Shown in pieces: positions 51,043 to 60,927 of a stretch of DNA of 64,000 nt. The stretch is from positions 1,792,001-1,856,000 of the forward strand of contig CAVZJV010000014.1 of assembly GCA_963775685.1 (NCBI GenBank), read 5' to 3'. Within the stretch, counting starts at the first letter, position 1, and each line of letters begins with the position of its first letter. A model generated the notes under the pieces. It was not told the origin of the DNA. It saw nothing but the letters and a program-made list of their open reading frames with translations, and did no database searches. The stretch comes from Candidatus Bathyarchaeota archaeon. Lineage in GTDB: Archaea; Thermoproteota; Bathyarchaeia; Bathyarchaeales; Bathycorpusculaceae. The translations under genes were made by a program, and so were the position numbers.

Positions 51043-52269
51043 ATGGAGGCCTCTCGAGAATTCGTTTACCAAAAATTCGCCGAATACTACAAAGACCCCT
51101 CTACAAGGGTTCCTTCGCCTCCTCTGCCTGATCAACGGGAATTCGGCTACCTCATGTTCAAGGAACGGTTCATGGTGCGACACTTGCGGTTCAGTGCCAT
51201 CAGTAACCTAAGGGCTGTGATTGCTGAAACGGTCCCCTCCGACGTCTATCACAGTTGCGCCTATTATGAAAACCCCGACTACGACATGGACAAAAAAGGC
51301 TGGATAGGCTCTGACCTAGTCTTTGATATAGACGCCGACCACATTCCAACTACATGCAATAAAATCCATGATGAATTTAGATGTGTAAAATGTGGTTTTG
51401 AAGGCAGAGGAATCACTCCGGAAGTTTGCCCTTGTTGTGAAGCAACAAAGTTTGAAACCAAAATTTGGGCTTGTGATTTGTGCATTCAATCCGCCCGCGA
51501 CGAAACCGCCAAGCTTTTAGAAATGTTGGAGAACGATTTTGGTTTTTCCCAAGATGAGTTGCATGTCTATTTTTCGGGGCATCGAGGCTACCATGTACAC
51601 GTAGAAACAGAATCTGTACGGTCGCTTGATGCGTTGGCCCGCAAAGAAATCGTTGATTACGTCACGGGACTAGGCCTCAGTATCCTTGACAAAGAAGCAA
51701 GAGAGAAACGGGGAAAACGCGGGGGTGCTAAAAAGTTTAGTTTACATAACTTCGGCTGGAATCGGAGACTAAAACTCGGTATGCTGGATTTCCTTTTAAA
51801 CGCCACCAAAGAAGATCTCAGAGCTGTTGGCTTAAAAAACAAGGCGCTCCTGGACAACAAGAACGCCATTATTAAACGCGCCATCAACGACGGTCGATGG
51901 GAAAGCATAAACGGCGTAAGCATTCAAACATGGCTAAAACTCGCCGAGTACATACGTGAAATCAAATCCTCAAAAATCGACACAGTCGTCACTACCGACA
52001 TTCACCGCCTAATCCGCATGAACGGCACCTTGCATGGCAAAACGGGACTCAAAAAAGTCAAATTCCCAGCAGAAAACCTTCAAGATTTTGACCCCTTCAC
52101 GGGAGCGGTAGCTTTTAAAAAGGGTACAGCTAAAGTGTTGGTGTTTGATGCGCCAGAGTTTAGATTGAGTGGGAAAACGTTGGGTCCATATAAGAACCAG
52201 ATTGTTGAGTTGCCAATTGCGGCGGCGGTTATGCTTATCTGTAAGAGAAGAGCTGAGGTGGCAAAGTAA
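51043..52269 (+). CDS. priS: DNA primase small (catalytic) subunit with Zn-ribbon insertion
   Basis: REFG, DLVFDID, FSGHRGYH, IDTVVT.DIHRLIR..GTLHGKTG. Confidence 0.95.
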   Translation: MEASREFVYQKFAEYYKDPSTRVPSPPLPDQREFGYLMFKERFMVRHLRFSAISNLRAVIAETVPSDVYHSCAYYENPDYDMDKKGWIGSDLVFDIDADHIPTTCNKIHDEFRCVKCGFEGRGITPEVCPCCEATKFETKIWACDLCIQSARDETAKLLEMLENDFGFSQDELHVYFSGHRGYHVHVETESVRSLDALARKEIVDYVTGLGLSILDKEAREKRGKRGGAKKFSLHNFGWNRRLKLGMLDFLLNATKEDLRAVGLKNKALLDNKNAIIKRAINDGRWESINGVSIQTWLKLAEYIREIKSSKIDTVVTTDIHRLIRMNGTLHGKTGLKKVKFPAENLQDFDPFTGAVAFKKGTAKVLVFDAPEFRLSGKTLGPYKNQIVELPIAAAVMLICKRRAEVAK

Positions 52270-52859
52270 TGTACAATCAACTTTATGCAGCTTGGCAAAG
52301 AGAAATCAACGACCCCACACTTGGAGCATTACCTCAGGAGTTCTACAGCAAAATTGCCGAGTATATGCATCGCATAAAAGAAGAGGACAAAGTGCTGGAT
52401 AAGAAATCTATCAAGATGAACCTGCTTATTCATGAATCCGCTAACGTTGAGCGGATGCTAGAGCAACTGCTTGAGTTCAGGTACCGAAAGCTCATCAAAA
52501 CCGTCACCAAAAACAAGAAGTTGCCAATTGAACTGTTGACTGTCGAAGAAGCCAAAATATGTGAGACCTTCGCAGACTTCGCAAAAACCTACCAACAGTT
52601 CGCCTACGACTTAATGAATGGCCAGATCACCCAGATTGTGGAGTCAGATAAAGCCCCAATAAAAGTTATTGTCAAAACCGAAACATTCTCAGTACCAAAA
52701 AGGTCGACAATTCGGTTCCTAAAGGGTATACCAGCCATCATGGGTGCAGACATGAAATCCTACGGGCCATTCCTTGCAGAGGATGTTGCCTCGCTGCCGC
52801 CTCAGAACGCGCAGATTTTGGTTAAGCAGGGTTTAGCCGTTCTGGTTGACGTCTCCTGA
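52269..52859 (+). CDS. GINS51 (Psf1/Sld5-like) subunit
   Basis: LPQEFY, RYRKL, C-terminal B-domain (GADMKSYGPFLAEDVASLP); priS-gins synteny. Confidence 0.85.
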   Translation: MYNQLYAAWQREINDPTLGALPQEFYSKIAEYMHRIKEEDKVLDKKSIKMNLLIHESANVERMLEQLLEFRYRKLIKTVTKNKKLPIELLTVEEAKICETFADFAKTYQQFAYDLMNGQITQIVESDKAPIKVIVKTETFSVPKRSTIRFLKGIPAIMGADMKSYGPFLAEDVASLPPQNAQILVKQGLAVLVDVS

Positions 52860-53835
52860 TTTTTTTCCATAATCCTTGGCTTATAAGCAGAATCAAAGGA
52901 TATGAAATTATCCATGCCATCGCGTACAGCGGTCCAAGGTAGAAGTGAAAATCTTGCACAGGTTTTGAGTCTACACCAAACTGCATGCCGAGCGAGAAAA
53001 TGGTTGCTATCCGTAGAACATTAATAAAGTAAGTAATGCCTGCGCCAAACGCAAAGAAGCCCACTTTAGCTTTCCAAGAAATATTCATGCGCTTCAAGAA
53101 CAACAAAGCCACCGCCGTAAATATAAGCAGACTCTCTATGCCAGCGCAAGGCCACGCTATCGTAAATTGTGCTGTTCCCAACGGACCGGCAACATGAAGA
53201 AGCGGCATCCCAGTTGCAACATCTGTTCCAAGCGTGGCTACATTACCCATCAAACCTAAAACGCGCGCGGCAAGACCAGCGGTCGTTGGAACTAACAACT
53301 GGAAAGGCGTAAACTGCCCATAAGGAAAAACATTATCGATGGTATAGAGAACCCCAACTAGCCCCAAAAATAGAGCAGGCAAAGCAAAACAAGTCAGCCC
53401 CTTCTTTCCAAAGGAGAGGAAAACAGTGAAACAAAAGAGAAGAGAAAAGATAAGGTATTCGATAGCAAGCGGCATAGACTCTGAAAAGGCAATTCCACTG
53501 TGAAGCGCCCAACTTACAACGACAGCATTCAATCCAAAAAAACTCTCAGATACAACGTACAGTGTAGGAAGCAACAAAATCGAAGTAAACCCAAGTAGTC
53601 TTAGCTTGTTCTGTTTGTTTATTTTTAGCTTGATTGTTTCCCAACTTAGAATAAATTCTAACGCCACCAACCAGATGAAGAACAACTGAAAAGTTCGCCC
53701 TTTCCACATTAACTCGAATGAACTCGGATTCAAAAAATACAATAAAGCTAAAGGAACCACAAAGGTGATGAGCGGCAAAAGTTTAAGGATTATGCTTGAG
53801 CGTTCTTTGTTTGGCGAAACTGAATTGCTCATCAT
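52822..53835 (-). CDS. Exosortase/archaeosortase family protein (thaumarchaeosortase-like)
   Basis: Multi-TM; IAWPCAG (Cys), NVLRI (Arg), FH (His); WKGR motif. Confidence 0.85.
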   Translation of the reverse strand: MMSNSVSPNKERSSIILKLLPLITFVVPLALLYFLNPSSFELMWKGRTFQLFFIWLVALEFILSWETIKLKINKQNKLRLLGFTSILLLPTLYVVSESFFGLNAVVVSWALHSGIAFSESMPLAIEYLIFSLLFCFTVFLSFGKKGLTCFALPALFLGLVGVLYTIDNVFPYGQFTPFQLLVPTTAGLAARVLGLMGNVATLGTDVATGMPLLHVAGPLGTAQFTIAWPCAGIESLLIFTAVALLFLKRMNISWKAKVGFFAFGAGITYFINVLRIATIFSLGMQFGVDSKPVQDFHFYLGPLYAMAWIISYPLILLISQGLWKKIRRRQPERLNPA

Positions 53836-53941
53836 GTTTTACACAGCTTAACCATAGTTTGTCAAATTAAAAAGCGATATGCCTCGCTATAATAAAACGG
53901 CGTTTAACGGGCGAGAGCAAAAACAAGAGAAAATATAGCGT

Positions 53942-54295
53942 TTAGCTATATTCTCGGTATGTGTAATTGCATTTGGTGCAACGGAGAAACTGAGTTGAGG
54001 ACTCGTCTGCTCCTCGCGTTTGTACCTGCCAAACGTACGCCGTGTTGTTACCGCATCTTGGACACTCAATGCGTACCGTCGGCAACGTGCTCAATTTCTG
54101 CTCCTCTTTACCGATGACTGCGACAAACTGTTGAGGATTATGTTGGATGACTTTGGCCATTTTAGGCTCGATTTTTTTATCCGCCTCAGGCTTTTTGTAA
54201 CCACATTTAGGGCAAGCAAGAACCAAAGTTGCATCTTTACCGCTCTTAGATTTCTTTGGCTCTAGGCGAGAACCGCATTTAGGGCAGAATTCCAT
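53942..54295 (-). CDS. tfs: Transcription factor S
   Basis: MEFCPKCG and QTRGADE..T.F..CTKC. Confidence 0.95.
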   Translation of the reverse strand: MEFCPKCGSRLEPKKSKSGKDATLVLACPKCGYKKPEADKKIEPKMAKVIQHNPQQFVAVIGKEEQKLSTLPTVRIECPRCGNNTAYVWQVQTRGADESSTQFLRCTKCNYTYREYS

Positions 54296-54367
54296 AGTCA
54301 ACTACTCCAAACGTTTTGGGATTTCCTTAGCTTGGTACCTTTTAAACTTTTTCTAAATTAGTCTTAG

Positions 54368-54958
54368 TCAAGGGCTAATTCCCGAAGCAATCAGGTGGGC
54401 AACACGCAACGGCTCAGGTAAACTGCTTCGTGTCGAAGTTAACGTTATGATTTTTTGAGCGTCGGCAAGTGAAATTCCAGCCAACTCCAAATAGATTTTG
54501 GACCCCTTGTTGGTTATCTCATGAATTTTTCCAGCCTCAATAACTACTCTCCAACGTTCCTCACTGCGTGGTAAGTTTTTGAGCGCTTCATGAATCTTAT
54601 TCAAATCGGGCTTCTCACTAGTTAACGCTAAAACAGGAAGACCTGTTTCAGCATTCAAGCTTTTAATGTCAACTAAGTTGAACCCTGCAAAAGTAATTCC
54701 ATTTAACATCAACAAACGCAGTTGCCTACGGTGAGGAGAATAGTTAATCATTGAAACAAACTTCTCGGTAGCATCTAAACCGTCAATGGCAACATGGGTA
54801 TGCATAACTCCATCAAGGGAGTAGCCACCTCGGAAAACAACACCTACAACAATGACACTGCCTTCTGTATGTGGAGTAAATTTTCCATCATCAATTCCAA
54901 GGACCCTGATTTCGGGTTTTATTACACGAAACATTCTAGGTTTGCTCAAACCCTTCAT
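54368..54958 (-). CDS. DUF99 family (endonuclease V-like) protein
   Basis: LGIDDG, DGLDAT, GITFAGFN, PEPLRVAHLIA. Confidence 0.9.
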   Translation of the reverse strand: MKGLSKPRMFRVIKPEIRVLGIDDGKFTPHTEGSVIVVGVVFRGGYSLDGVMHTHVAIDGLDATEKFVSMINYSPHRRQLRLLMLNGITFAGFNLVDIKSLNAETGLPVLALTSEKPDLNKIHEALKNLPRSEERWRVVIEAGKIHEITNKGSKIYLELAGISLADAQKIITLTSTRSSLPEPLRVAHLIASGISP

Positions 54959-55074
54959 CCCCTAAACCTAAATAAAGAAAGTTTTTCAAATAAGAAGCAG
55001 TGGTAAAAATATCAAAATAGGATAAAAGTCTAAAGCATGTCAAGAACTAAAGAAAAATCCTAATATAAAAAAAT

Positions 55075-55356
55075 TTAGGCTTTAAGGACGCGGTTTAATT
55101 CTTTGCCGAAAGCGTCATTTGCCTCGCGAACTTTTTGTGTAGCTTCGATTAGGGCATCTTCGGGCCGGTTGTTGCCTTTCATTCTGATGTAGATGATTGG
55201 GCTTGAAGCTAAAGGATGCGGAACATCATAGCCCGCAAATTCCACTTTTTTATCTTCCAGCAGTCTCTTGGCTAAAAGGTTACAGAGCCCATGGCTTGAG
55301 CCCTCTATTTCTATCTTTAGCTCATTTTCTGATTTCTTTAACACTTTAACATTCAT
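55075..55356 (-). CDS. rpoL: RNA polymerase subunit Rpo11 (L)
   Basis: IEGSSHGLCNLL, FAGYDVPHPL. Confidence 0.93.
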   Translation of the reverse strand: MNVKVLKKSENELKIEIEGSSHGLCNLLAKRLLEDKKVEFAGYDVPHPLASSPIIYIRMKGNNRPEDALIEATQKVREANDAFGKELNRVLKA

Positions 55357-55371
55357 GCAGTTTCCGCCTTA

Positions 55372-55953
55372 TTAGATTTGTTCTTTGCCGTAATCTGGAG
55401 ATATTTTGCGTGTTTCTATGTTGCCATCTTTTGGGCATTTCAGGTCGTACCCATTCTGCTCAAGCAAGGTGCCGCATCGCGAACAAAAACCATACAGAAC
55501 CCCTAAGCCCTTGTCGTTGGTTGATAGATGGTAAACTTGATTCTTTTCGCTGATAACTTTTGCTCTGATAATATCGCCTGGCTTACACACGTCACTAATT
55601 TGATCAACATATCTGTCGGAAACATCTGAAACATGTAGAATCCCTCCGAAGTTGCCAGTAAGTTTTTTATTTCCAATCCTGAAAATTCGGACCAACACGT
55701 TATCCGATTGCGCGTTTCCAATTTGCCCAATGACAACTGTCGAAACTTTGGGCACAACTACGCCTTGAACCACTGGGTAAACAGAAACTTTTCTATTCTG
55801 TAAATCAACCAGTGAACGTCCAATAATCTTTGAGTATATAACGCCGTCCTTAACGAAAGTTCCCGAGTCGGGAATGAATTCTTCAATAACGCCCAAGCGT
55901 TCGCCAGGCAATACTAAATGACCGCTTTTTTCTTCTGCAGATTTTAGACTCAT
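55372..55953 (-). CDS. csl4: Exosome RNA-binding protein Csl4
   Basis: VLPGERLG.IEEF.P, S1 domain (PGDIIRAKV), Zn ribbon CSRCG...CP....ETRK. Confidence 0.94.
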   Translation of the reverse strand: MSLKSAEEKSGHLVLPGERLGVIEEFIPDSGTFVKDGVIYSKIIGRSLVDLQNRKVSVYPVVQGVVVPKVSTVVIGQIGNAQSDNVLVRIFRIGNKKLTGNFGGILHVSDVSDRYVDQISDVCKPGDIIRAKVISEKNQVYHLSTNDKGLGVLYGFCSRCGTLLEQNGYDLKCPKDGNIETRKISPDYGKEQI

Positions 55954-56077
55954 GATGGTTCCCTTTGCTTTAAAGTAAGCTTGATTTTGATAAATGCATA
56001 TGCTTAGTTTCCATTCTGCTCAATAAACCTTTTGATTAATAAATAAAAAACGTTTTTCTGACAGCCTAGAACTTTCT

Positions 56078-56794
56078 TTAGGCACGGTTCTTCTTAATTA
56101 CATACAAGTCGATGACAAAGTCATGTTTTAGTTTTGTGTGGAACTCAAACATACGCGGAATAGTCATTAACATAGCATAAACCTCCTTAACTACCCCACC
56201 GTGCTTCTCTACAAAACGTTGCAGAAAAGGAGAAGGCTTAACCCGCAAAAATCCTCCGTTAGCTTTGAGTTGTCCAATCAAGCGTTGATCAACTTCAGGA
56301 TGATTATGGAGCGAATAGATAGAGAAGGCAACTTCAAGCGCCTTTGCCAAGAACAATCGGTCAGCTTCACGCGTCTGCACCCCAAATGGCGGATTCATCA
56401 AAACAGTATCAAAACACCCTATAACCGAGCCAACGTCAGAATTAACCCATTGAACACAATCTGCAAAACCTACTTTAAGCGAATTGTCGTAGGCAGTTTT
56501 AATTGCTAATTGATCAAGATCGACACCTACCACTTCCTTAGCACCAAGAAAACAAGCCCCTAAAGAGAGCCTTCCCGTGCCACAGCCCAAATCCAAGACA
56601 GATTTTTCAACAATATCGCCGTTTGGGTAGGCAGCAATGTAGAGCATATTGGCGGCTATCTGCTCGGAGAGGGTGTACTGTTCAAGATGTACCTTTGGCA
56701 AGGGCTGGACTTTAACCGTTGAGAGGAACCGCTCAAGGTCTAGTTTTCGAATAAGCCGTTTTTGATTAAACTCTCCCATGAAACCTCGCCGCAA
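56078..56794 (-). CDS. METTL5-family N6-adenine methyltransferase (start uncertain)
   Basis: LEQYT, DLGCGTG, MNPPFG, FEFH. Confidence 0.92.
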   Translation of the reverse strand: MRRGFMGEFNQKRLIRKLDLERFLSTVKVQPLPKVHLEQYTLSEQIAANMLYIAAYPNGDIVEKSVLDLGCGTGRLSLGACFLGAKEVVGVDLDQLAIKTAYDNSLKVGFADCVQWVNSDVGSVIGCFDTVLMNPPFGVQTREADRLFLAKALEVAFSIYSLHNHPEVDQRLIGQLKANGGFLRVKPSPFLQRFVEKHGGVVKEVYAMLMTIPRMFEFHTKLKHDFVIDLYVIKKNRA

Positions 56795-57741
56795 ACAACC
56801 ATAAACTCGTTAACGGTTAAGATTGGTTTTTGAAACTTTCCCGGTGCATCAAGCGATATGCGTGGACAAGCTGTATTTACGTAGGCATCTATGCTGGGAA
56901 ACTCTAGTAGTGTTTCAGGCGTAATTTCTCTGCCAGCCAACAGAAACGCTACCCAACCGCTCTTTTCCGCCAAAAATTTAACCTTAAGTGCACTATCTAG
57001 GTGTTTTTGCCCTGGCTTTAACCCAATGAGAACACCAAAAGATTTAGCGTCCTTAGCCTCTTGGATACTTGCGAACCGTTGTTTTAAGATTCGTTGGGCT
57101 TGGTCGTTGACTTGGAAGGCTCGGTTGTCGTAAGGATCAGCGATAATTGTTGGTTTATCCGTGCTTAAAGCAATACCTAATGCATGGAACATGCCGCCAC
57201 CCACAAACAGGAAAGCCTCAACCTCATCAGCGATGAATGTTGCGTTGCTGTAGTTGCAACCAGTAACTTGCCCAGCATACCCCATCTGACCTGCGTCACC
57301 TATTATTACCATTTTTCCAGCTAATCTCAGGAGTTCTTTTGCATCATGGATTGATTGTAAATGCTGGACAGAGGTTGTTAACCCAATTTTTTGAAACCCT
57401 TGCAAAAGGGGAATAGCTTGAAGAACAGCGGCATCAATGGTCACAGTTGCCCTGCATTCGACATAAATTGAGGGAACACAAGTCTGATTGACCATTTTAG
57501 CGTGACCAAAATGCACAATCAAATCCACGCCTAAACCCTCCGCTTCTGAATCAGCGATGTCACAAGCGCCATAACATGGGTCAGAAGAAATTATCGGCAA
57601 CGCACCAGCCGCCTCAACGATCTCAGCAATTTTGGTGACTTGGGGTTTCAATCCTTGAGGCATTTGCAGCAGAACACGCTTGGCACACAGTCTGCCAATT
57701 TCTTGCTTGATTGTTTCCTCTTCAAAATCAAAATCCAACAT
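56740..57741 (-). CDS. dph2: Diphthamide biosynthesis enzyme Dph2
   Basis: LQMPQGL, CYGACD, HFGH, GQVTGC, NTACPRI. Confidence 0.95.
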   Translation of the reverse strand: MLDFDFEEETIKQEIGRLCAKRVLLQMPQGLKPQVTKIAEIVEAAGALPIISSDPCYGACDIADSEAEGLGVDLIVHFGHAKMVNQTCVPSIYVECRATVTIDAAVLQAIPLLQGFQKIGLTTSVQHLQSIHDAKELLRLAGKMVIIGDAGQMGYAGQVTGCNYSNATFIADEVEAFLFVGGGMFHALGIALSTDKPTIIADPYDNRAFQVNDQAQRILKQRFASIQEAKDAKSFGVLIGLKPGQKHLDSALKVKFLAEKSGWVAFLLAGREITPETLLEFPSIDAYVNTACPRISLDAPGKFQKPILTVNEFMVVCGEVSWESLIKNGLFEN

Positions 57742-57792
57742 ATTCTGTCCACTAACAAAACAAACTAAAACAAAGAGAAAGCACAAAAGTGC

Positions 57793-60219
57793 TTAGGGGG
57801 ACCATTCCCAGTCTTGGGTTGGCTTTTTGAGGGGTTGCCCGCGGGCTAAAGCAGCTTGTTCGGCTAAGCGTTCAAGGATGATTTTTTGTTCTACGCTGGC
57901 AACATGTTTGCGTGTTGTGACAACGGCGTCGTTATTGACTGATATGCTATCGATTCCAACTCGGACGAGGAATTCCGCGAAATCCGGCAAATTAGATGGC
58001 CCTTCACCGCAGATGCTAACGGTGCAGCCGTTTTCGTGGGCGGCTTTTATGAGGTGGGCTATAATGCGTTTGACTGCTGGGTCACGCTCGTCAAAGTACC
58101 CCATTTGACCCAAACGTTCAGAGTCGCGGTCAATCATAAGGACACCTTGGGTCATGTCGTTTGATCCGATACTGAGACCATCAACGAGTTTGCTGAATTC
58201 GTCGGCCATAATTCCTATTGAGGGTGTCTCTGCCATGAACCAGATTTTAAAGTCTTTGTTGCGTTCCAAGCCCTCATCTTTCATGATCTGGAGAACCGCT
58301 TTGGCTTCCCAGAGTGTGCGGACCATCGGCAACATGACGTAGACGTTTTTAAGAGCCCATTCGGTGCGACATTTCTTGATAGCTTGACATTCCAGTCGGA
58401 AAGCTTTATCGTACCATTTGCTGATGTAGCGGCTGCAGCCTCTCCAACCCAACATGGGGTTTTCTTCGATGATTTCGTATTTGTCACCGCCTTTTAATCC
58501 GCGGTATTCGTTTGTCTTGAAGTCGCTTAAGCGTACCACGACGGGTTTAGGCTGGATTGCTCTTGCCACGGTTGCGATGCCATCGGCAAGTTTATCGACG
58601 AACAATTGACTTTGACCTGCATCAACAAAGGCCATTGGATGTTGTCCGATGGCGCTGGCTAAGATGAATTCGGTACGCATCAAGCCTATGCCTTCAAAAG
58701 GCAAGTTCTTATATTGTTCGATCATCTCGGGGGTACCAAGGTTCATATAGATCTTTGTGGCGGTGACGGGAGCTGCGTCTGCGATTTGCATGACTACGCC
58801 GCCGTTGTTTGATGAGGCTGGTTGAACTGCTTGAGCCATTATGCCCTCGTAGATAACGCCGTTTCTAGAATCCACGGTGTACTCTCGACCTGTCTTCATT
58901 ATTTGTGTACCATTTTCAGTGCCTACAACGCAGGGGATGTTAAGTTCTCGACTTACAATGGCGGCGTGAGAGGTGATTCCGCCTTTATCTGTAACTATTG
59001 CGCTTGCCATTTTCATGAATGGAACAAAGTCAGGGTCAGTCATGCCTGTAACAAGGATATCTCCTTTGTTCATGTCGCGATTGGCGTCGTCAAGGTTTAA
59101 GACCACTTTGGCTTTGCCTACACCGTAACCTCTTCTGCCCGCGGAGATGCCTCGAACTACAACTTTTAGGTCTTGTGCTCTGTTTTCTTCCATCTTGGAT
59201 TCTTCCGTTGTTTTTGATCCGAAAACGGTTTCTGGACGCGCCTGAACCAGCATCATGTTTTCAGGAAAAGATAGGTCTTGGTCGATTGCCCATTCAATAT
59301 CCATGGGTTTACCATAATGCTTCTCGATGCGTTTGGCTAGTTCGGCAAGCTTGTTGATTTCTTTGTCGCTTATGCAAACCGTCTTTTGTTCGGCTTCCGG
59401 GATATCTAAGTGAATGGTTTTTCCTGTTTTAGGGTCGCGTATATATTTGACGGTTTTTCTAGCTATGCGTCGGTCTTTTATTATCATTGAGTTTTTGTCC
59501 ACGACGAAGTCGTCGGGGTTAACGGCACCTGAGACTACAGTTTCACCTAGGCCGAAGTTGCCTTCGATTACTATTTCGTCTCGGTTGCCAGTGACTGGGT
59601 TAATCGTGAACATGACTCCTGCGGCTCGGGAGTTAACCATTTTCTGCACACCGACGCTGATGAAAACTTTCTCATGTGGGAAGCCTTTCTCATTTCGGTA
59701 AAAGATAGCTCGGGGCGTAAAGAGGCTGCTCCAACATTTGACGACTTTTTCTATGAGGTCGTCTGCTCCTTTAACGTTAAGATATGTTTCCTGTTGACCT
59801 GCAAACGATGCGTCTGGCAGATCTTCAGCGGTCGCGCTTGACCTTACAGCAACAAAAGTGTCTTTTAATTCGAAGCGTTTATTCAAATTCGCGTAAGCAT
59901 TTCTAATTGCGGTTTCGATGTCTTTAGGCATCAGAGTTTTTTCGATGAGTTCGCGGATTTTTTTAGACGCTGCATCGTATTGTTTGGGGTCGTTGGGGTT
60001 TGTGACTGTTTCTATTATAATTTGGTAAATTTGCTCAGCAATTTTTTTTTCAACAATAAATCTTTCATAGGAATATGCGGTGACGGCAAAACCAAAAGGA
60101 ACCGGCAGCGCCGCATGAATCATTTCACCAAGGCTGGCGTTCTTACCGCCAACAATGGATACGTCAGTATTTCTTAAAATATCAAACCATAAAACCAGTT
60201 CTTTCTCTTTGACGCTCAA
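57793..60219 (-). CDS. ppsA: Phosphoenolpyruvate synthase
   Basis: GGKNASLGE, VRSSATAED, SFAGQQET, GGITSHAAI, ENPMLGWRG, SIGSND. Confidence 0.97.
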   Translation of the reverse strand: MSVKEKELVLWFDILRNTDVSIVGGKNASLGEMIHAALPVPFGFAVTAYSYERFIVEKKIAEQIYQIIIETVTNPNDPKQYDAASKKIRELIEKTLMPKDIETAIRNAYANLNKRFELKDTFVAVRSSATAEDLPDASFAGQQETYLNVKGADDLIEKVVKCWSSLFTPRAIFYRNEKGFPHEKVFISVGVQKMVNSRAAGVMFTINPVTGNRDEIVIEGNFGLGETVVSGAVNPDDFVVDKNSMIIKDRRIARKTVKYIRDPKTGKTIHLDIPEAEQKTVCISDKEINKLAELAKRIEKHYGKPMDIEWAIDQDLSFPENMMLVQARPETVFGSKTTEESKMEENRAQDLKVVVRGISAGRRGYGVGKAKVVLNLDDANRDMNKGDILVTGMTDPDFVPFMKMASAIVTDKGGITSHAAIVSRELNIPCVVGTENGTQIMKTGREYTVDSRNGVIYEGIMAQAVQPASSNNGGVVMQIADAAPVTATKIYMNLGTPEMIEQYKNLPFEGIGLMRTEFILASAIGQHPMAFVDAGQSQLFVDKLADGIATVARAIQPKPVVVRLSDFKTNEYRGLKGGDKYEIIEENPMLGWRGCSRYISKWYDKAFRLECQAIKKCRTEWALKNVYVMLPMVRTLWEAKAVLQIMKDEGLERNKDFKIWFMAETPSIGIMADEFSKLVDGLSIGSNDMTQGVLMIDRDSERLGQMGYFDERDPAVKRIIAHLIKAAHENGCTVSICGEGPSNLPDFAEFLVRVGIDSISVNNDAVVTTRKHVASVEQKIILERLAEQAALARGQPLKKPTQDWEWSP

Positions 60220-60758
60220 ATCGTCTCCGACTCCGGTTCAGCCATTTCGGCCATGATGGGAGAAGTTTTGATTTTAGAGATAACTATTTTGCAGGGTATG
60301 GGAAGTTTTGCGCTTCCTCGTTTGAGAGATTCTTTGGCTATTGCCTCTTGACCAGCTTTCACTTTGACTGTTATGAGGGGTTGACCTACCTCTACTTTTG
60401 CGGCTGTGCCGATTGCTGTCCCGAAAGAACGTCTCATTCCCTGTTGCAGTCGGTCTGCGTGGGCGCCGAAAATCATCTTGTTTTCCCTTAGGATGATGTG
60501 TGGGTATGGATGAACAACCATAAGGTAATCGTTTATGAGTTTATCCATTAAGATACGATTGGTTGCTACACGTGCTGCTTCTAGGGCACTGTGGCGTATC
60601 TGGGCTCGTTCCTGACCGATAAGTTGACCTTGGATTTCAAAGGTTCCCTTGGTATCGCCCATAGTAAACTTTACGATTTTTGGTGGTGGAAAACCTCTAG
60701 CGTATTTCTTCCGCGTATAGGGTCTATTTTTTACGTGCCTGTAGTTTCGTGCTTGCAT
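60216..60758 (-). CDS. rpl10e: 50S ribosomal protein L10e (uL16)
   Basis: ALEAAR, YPHIILRENK, ADRLQQGMRRSFG, KLP. Confidence 0.96.
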   Translation of the reverse strand: MQARNYRHVKNRPYTRKKYARGFPPPKIVKFTMGDTKGTFEIQGQLIGQERAQIRHSALEAARVATNRILMDKLINDYLMVVHPYPHIILRENKMIFGAHADRLQQGMRRSFGTAIGTAAKVEVGQPLITVKVKAGQEAIAKESLKRGSAKLPIPCKIVISKIKTSPIMAEMAEPESETI

Positions 60759-60927
60759 GCAGCATCCCTTTTGTAAGGGATTTGCGCCCAGCAATATTTA
60801 AACGATTTGTAAATATGCCGCGATACTTCCGTGAATTTTGACGCTTCGAGTATTTTACTTAGAATATCGAATTTCAAGCGTTGGCTATCATCAACTTATA
60901 TAGTCAGATTTACTTTCTGATCCCCAA

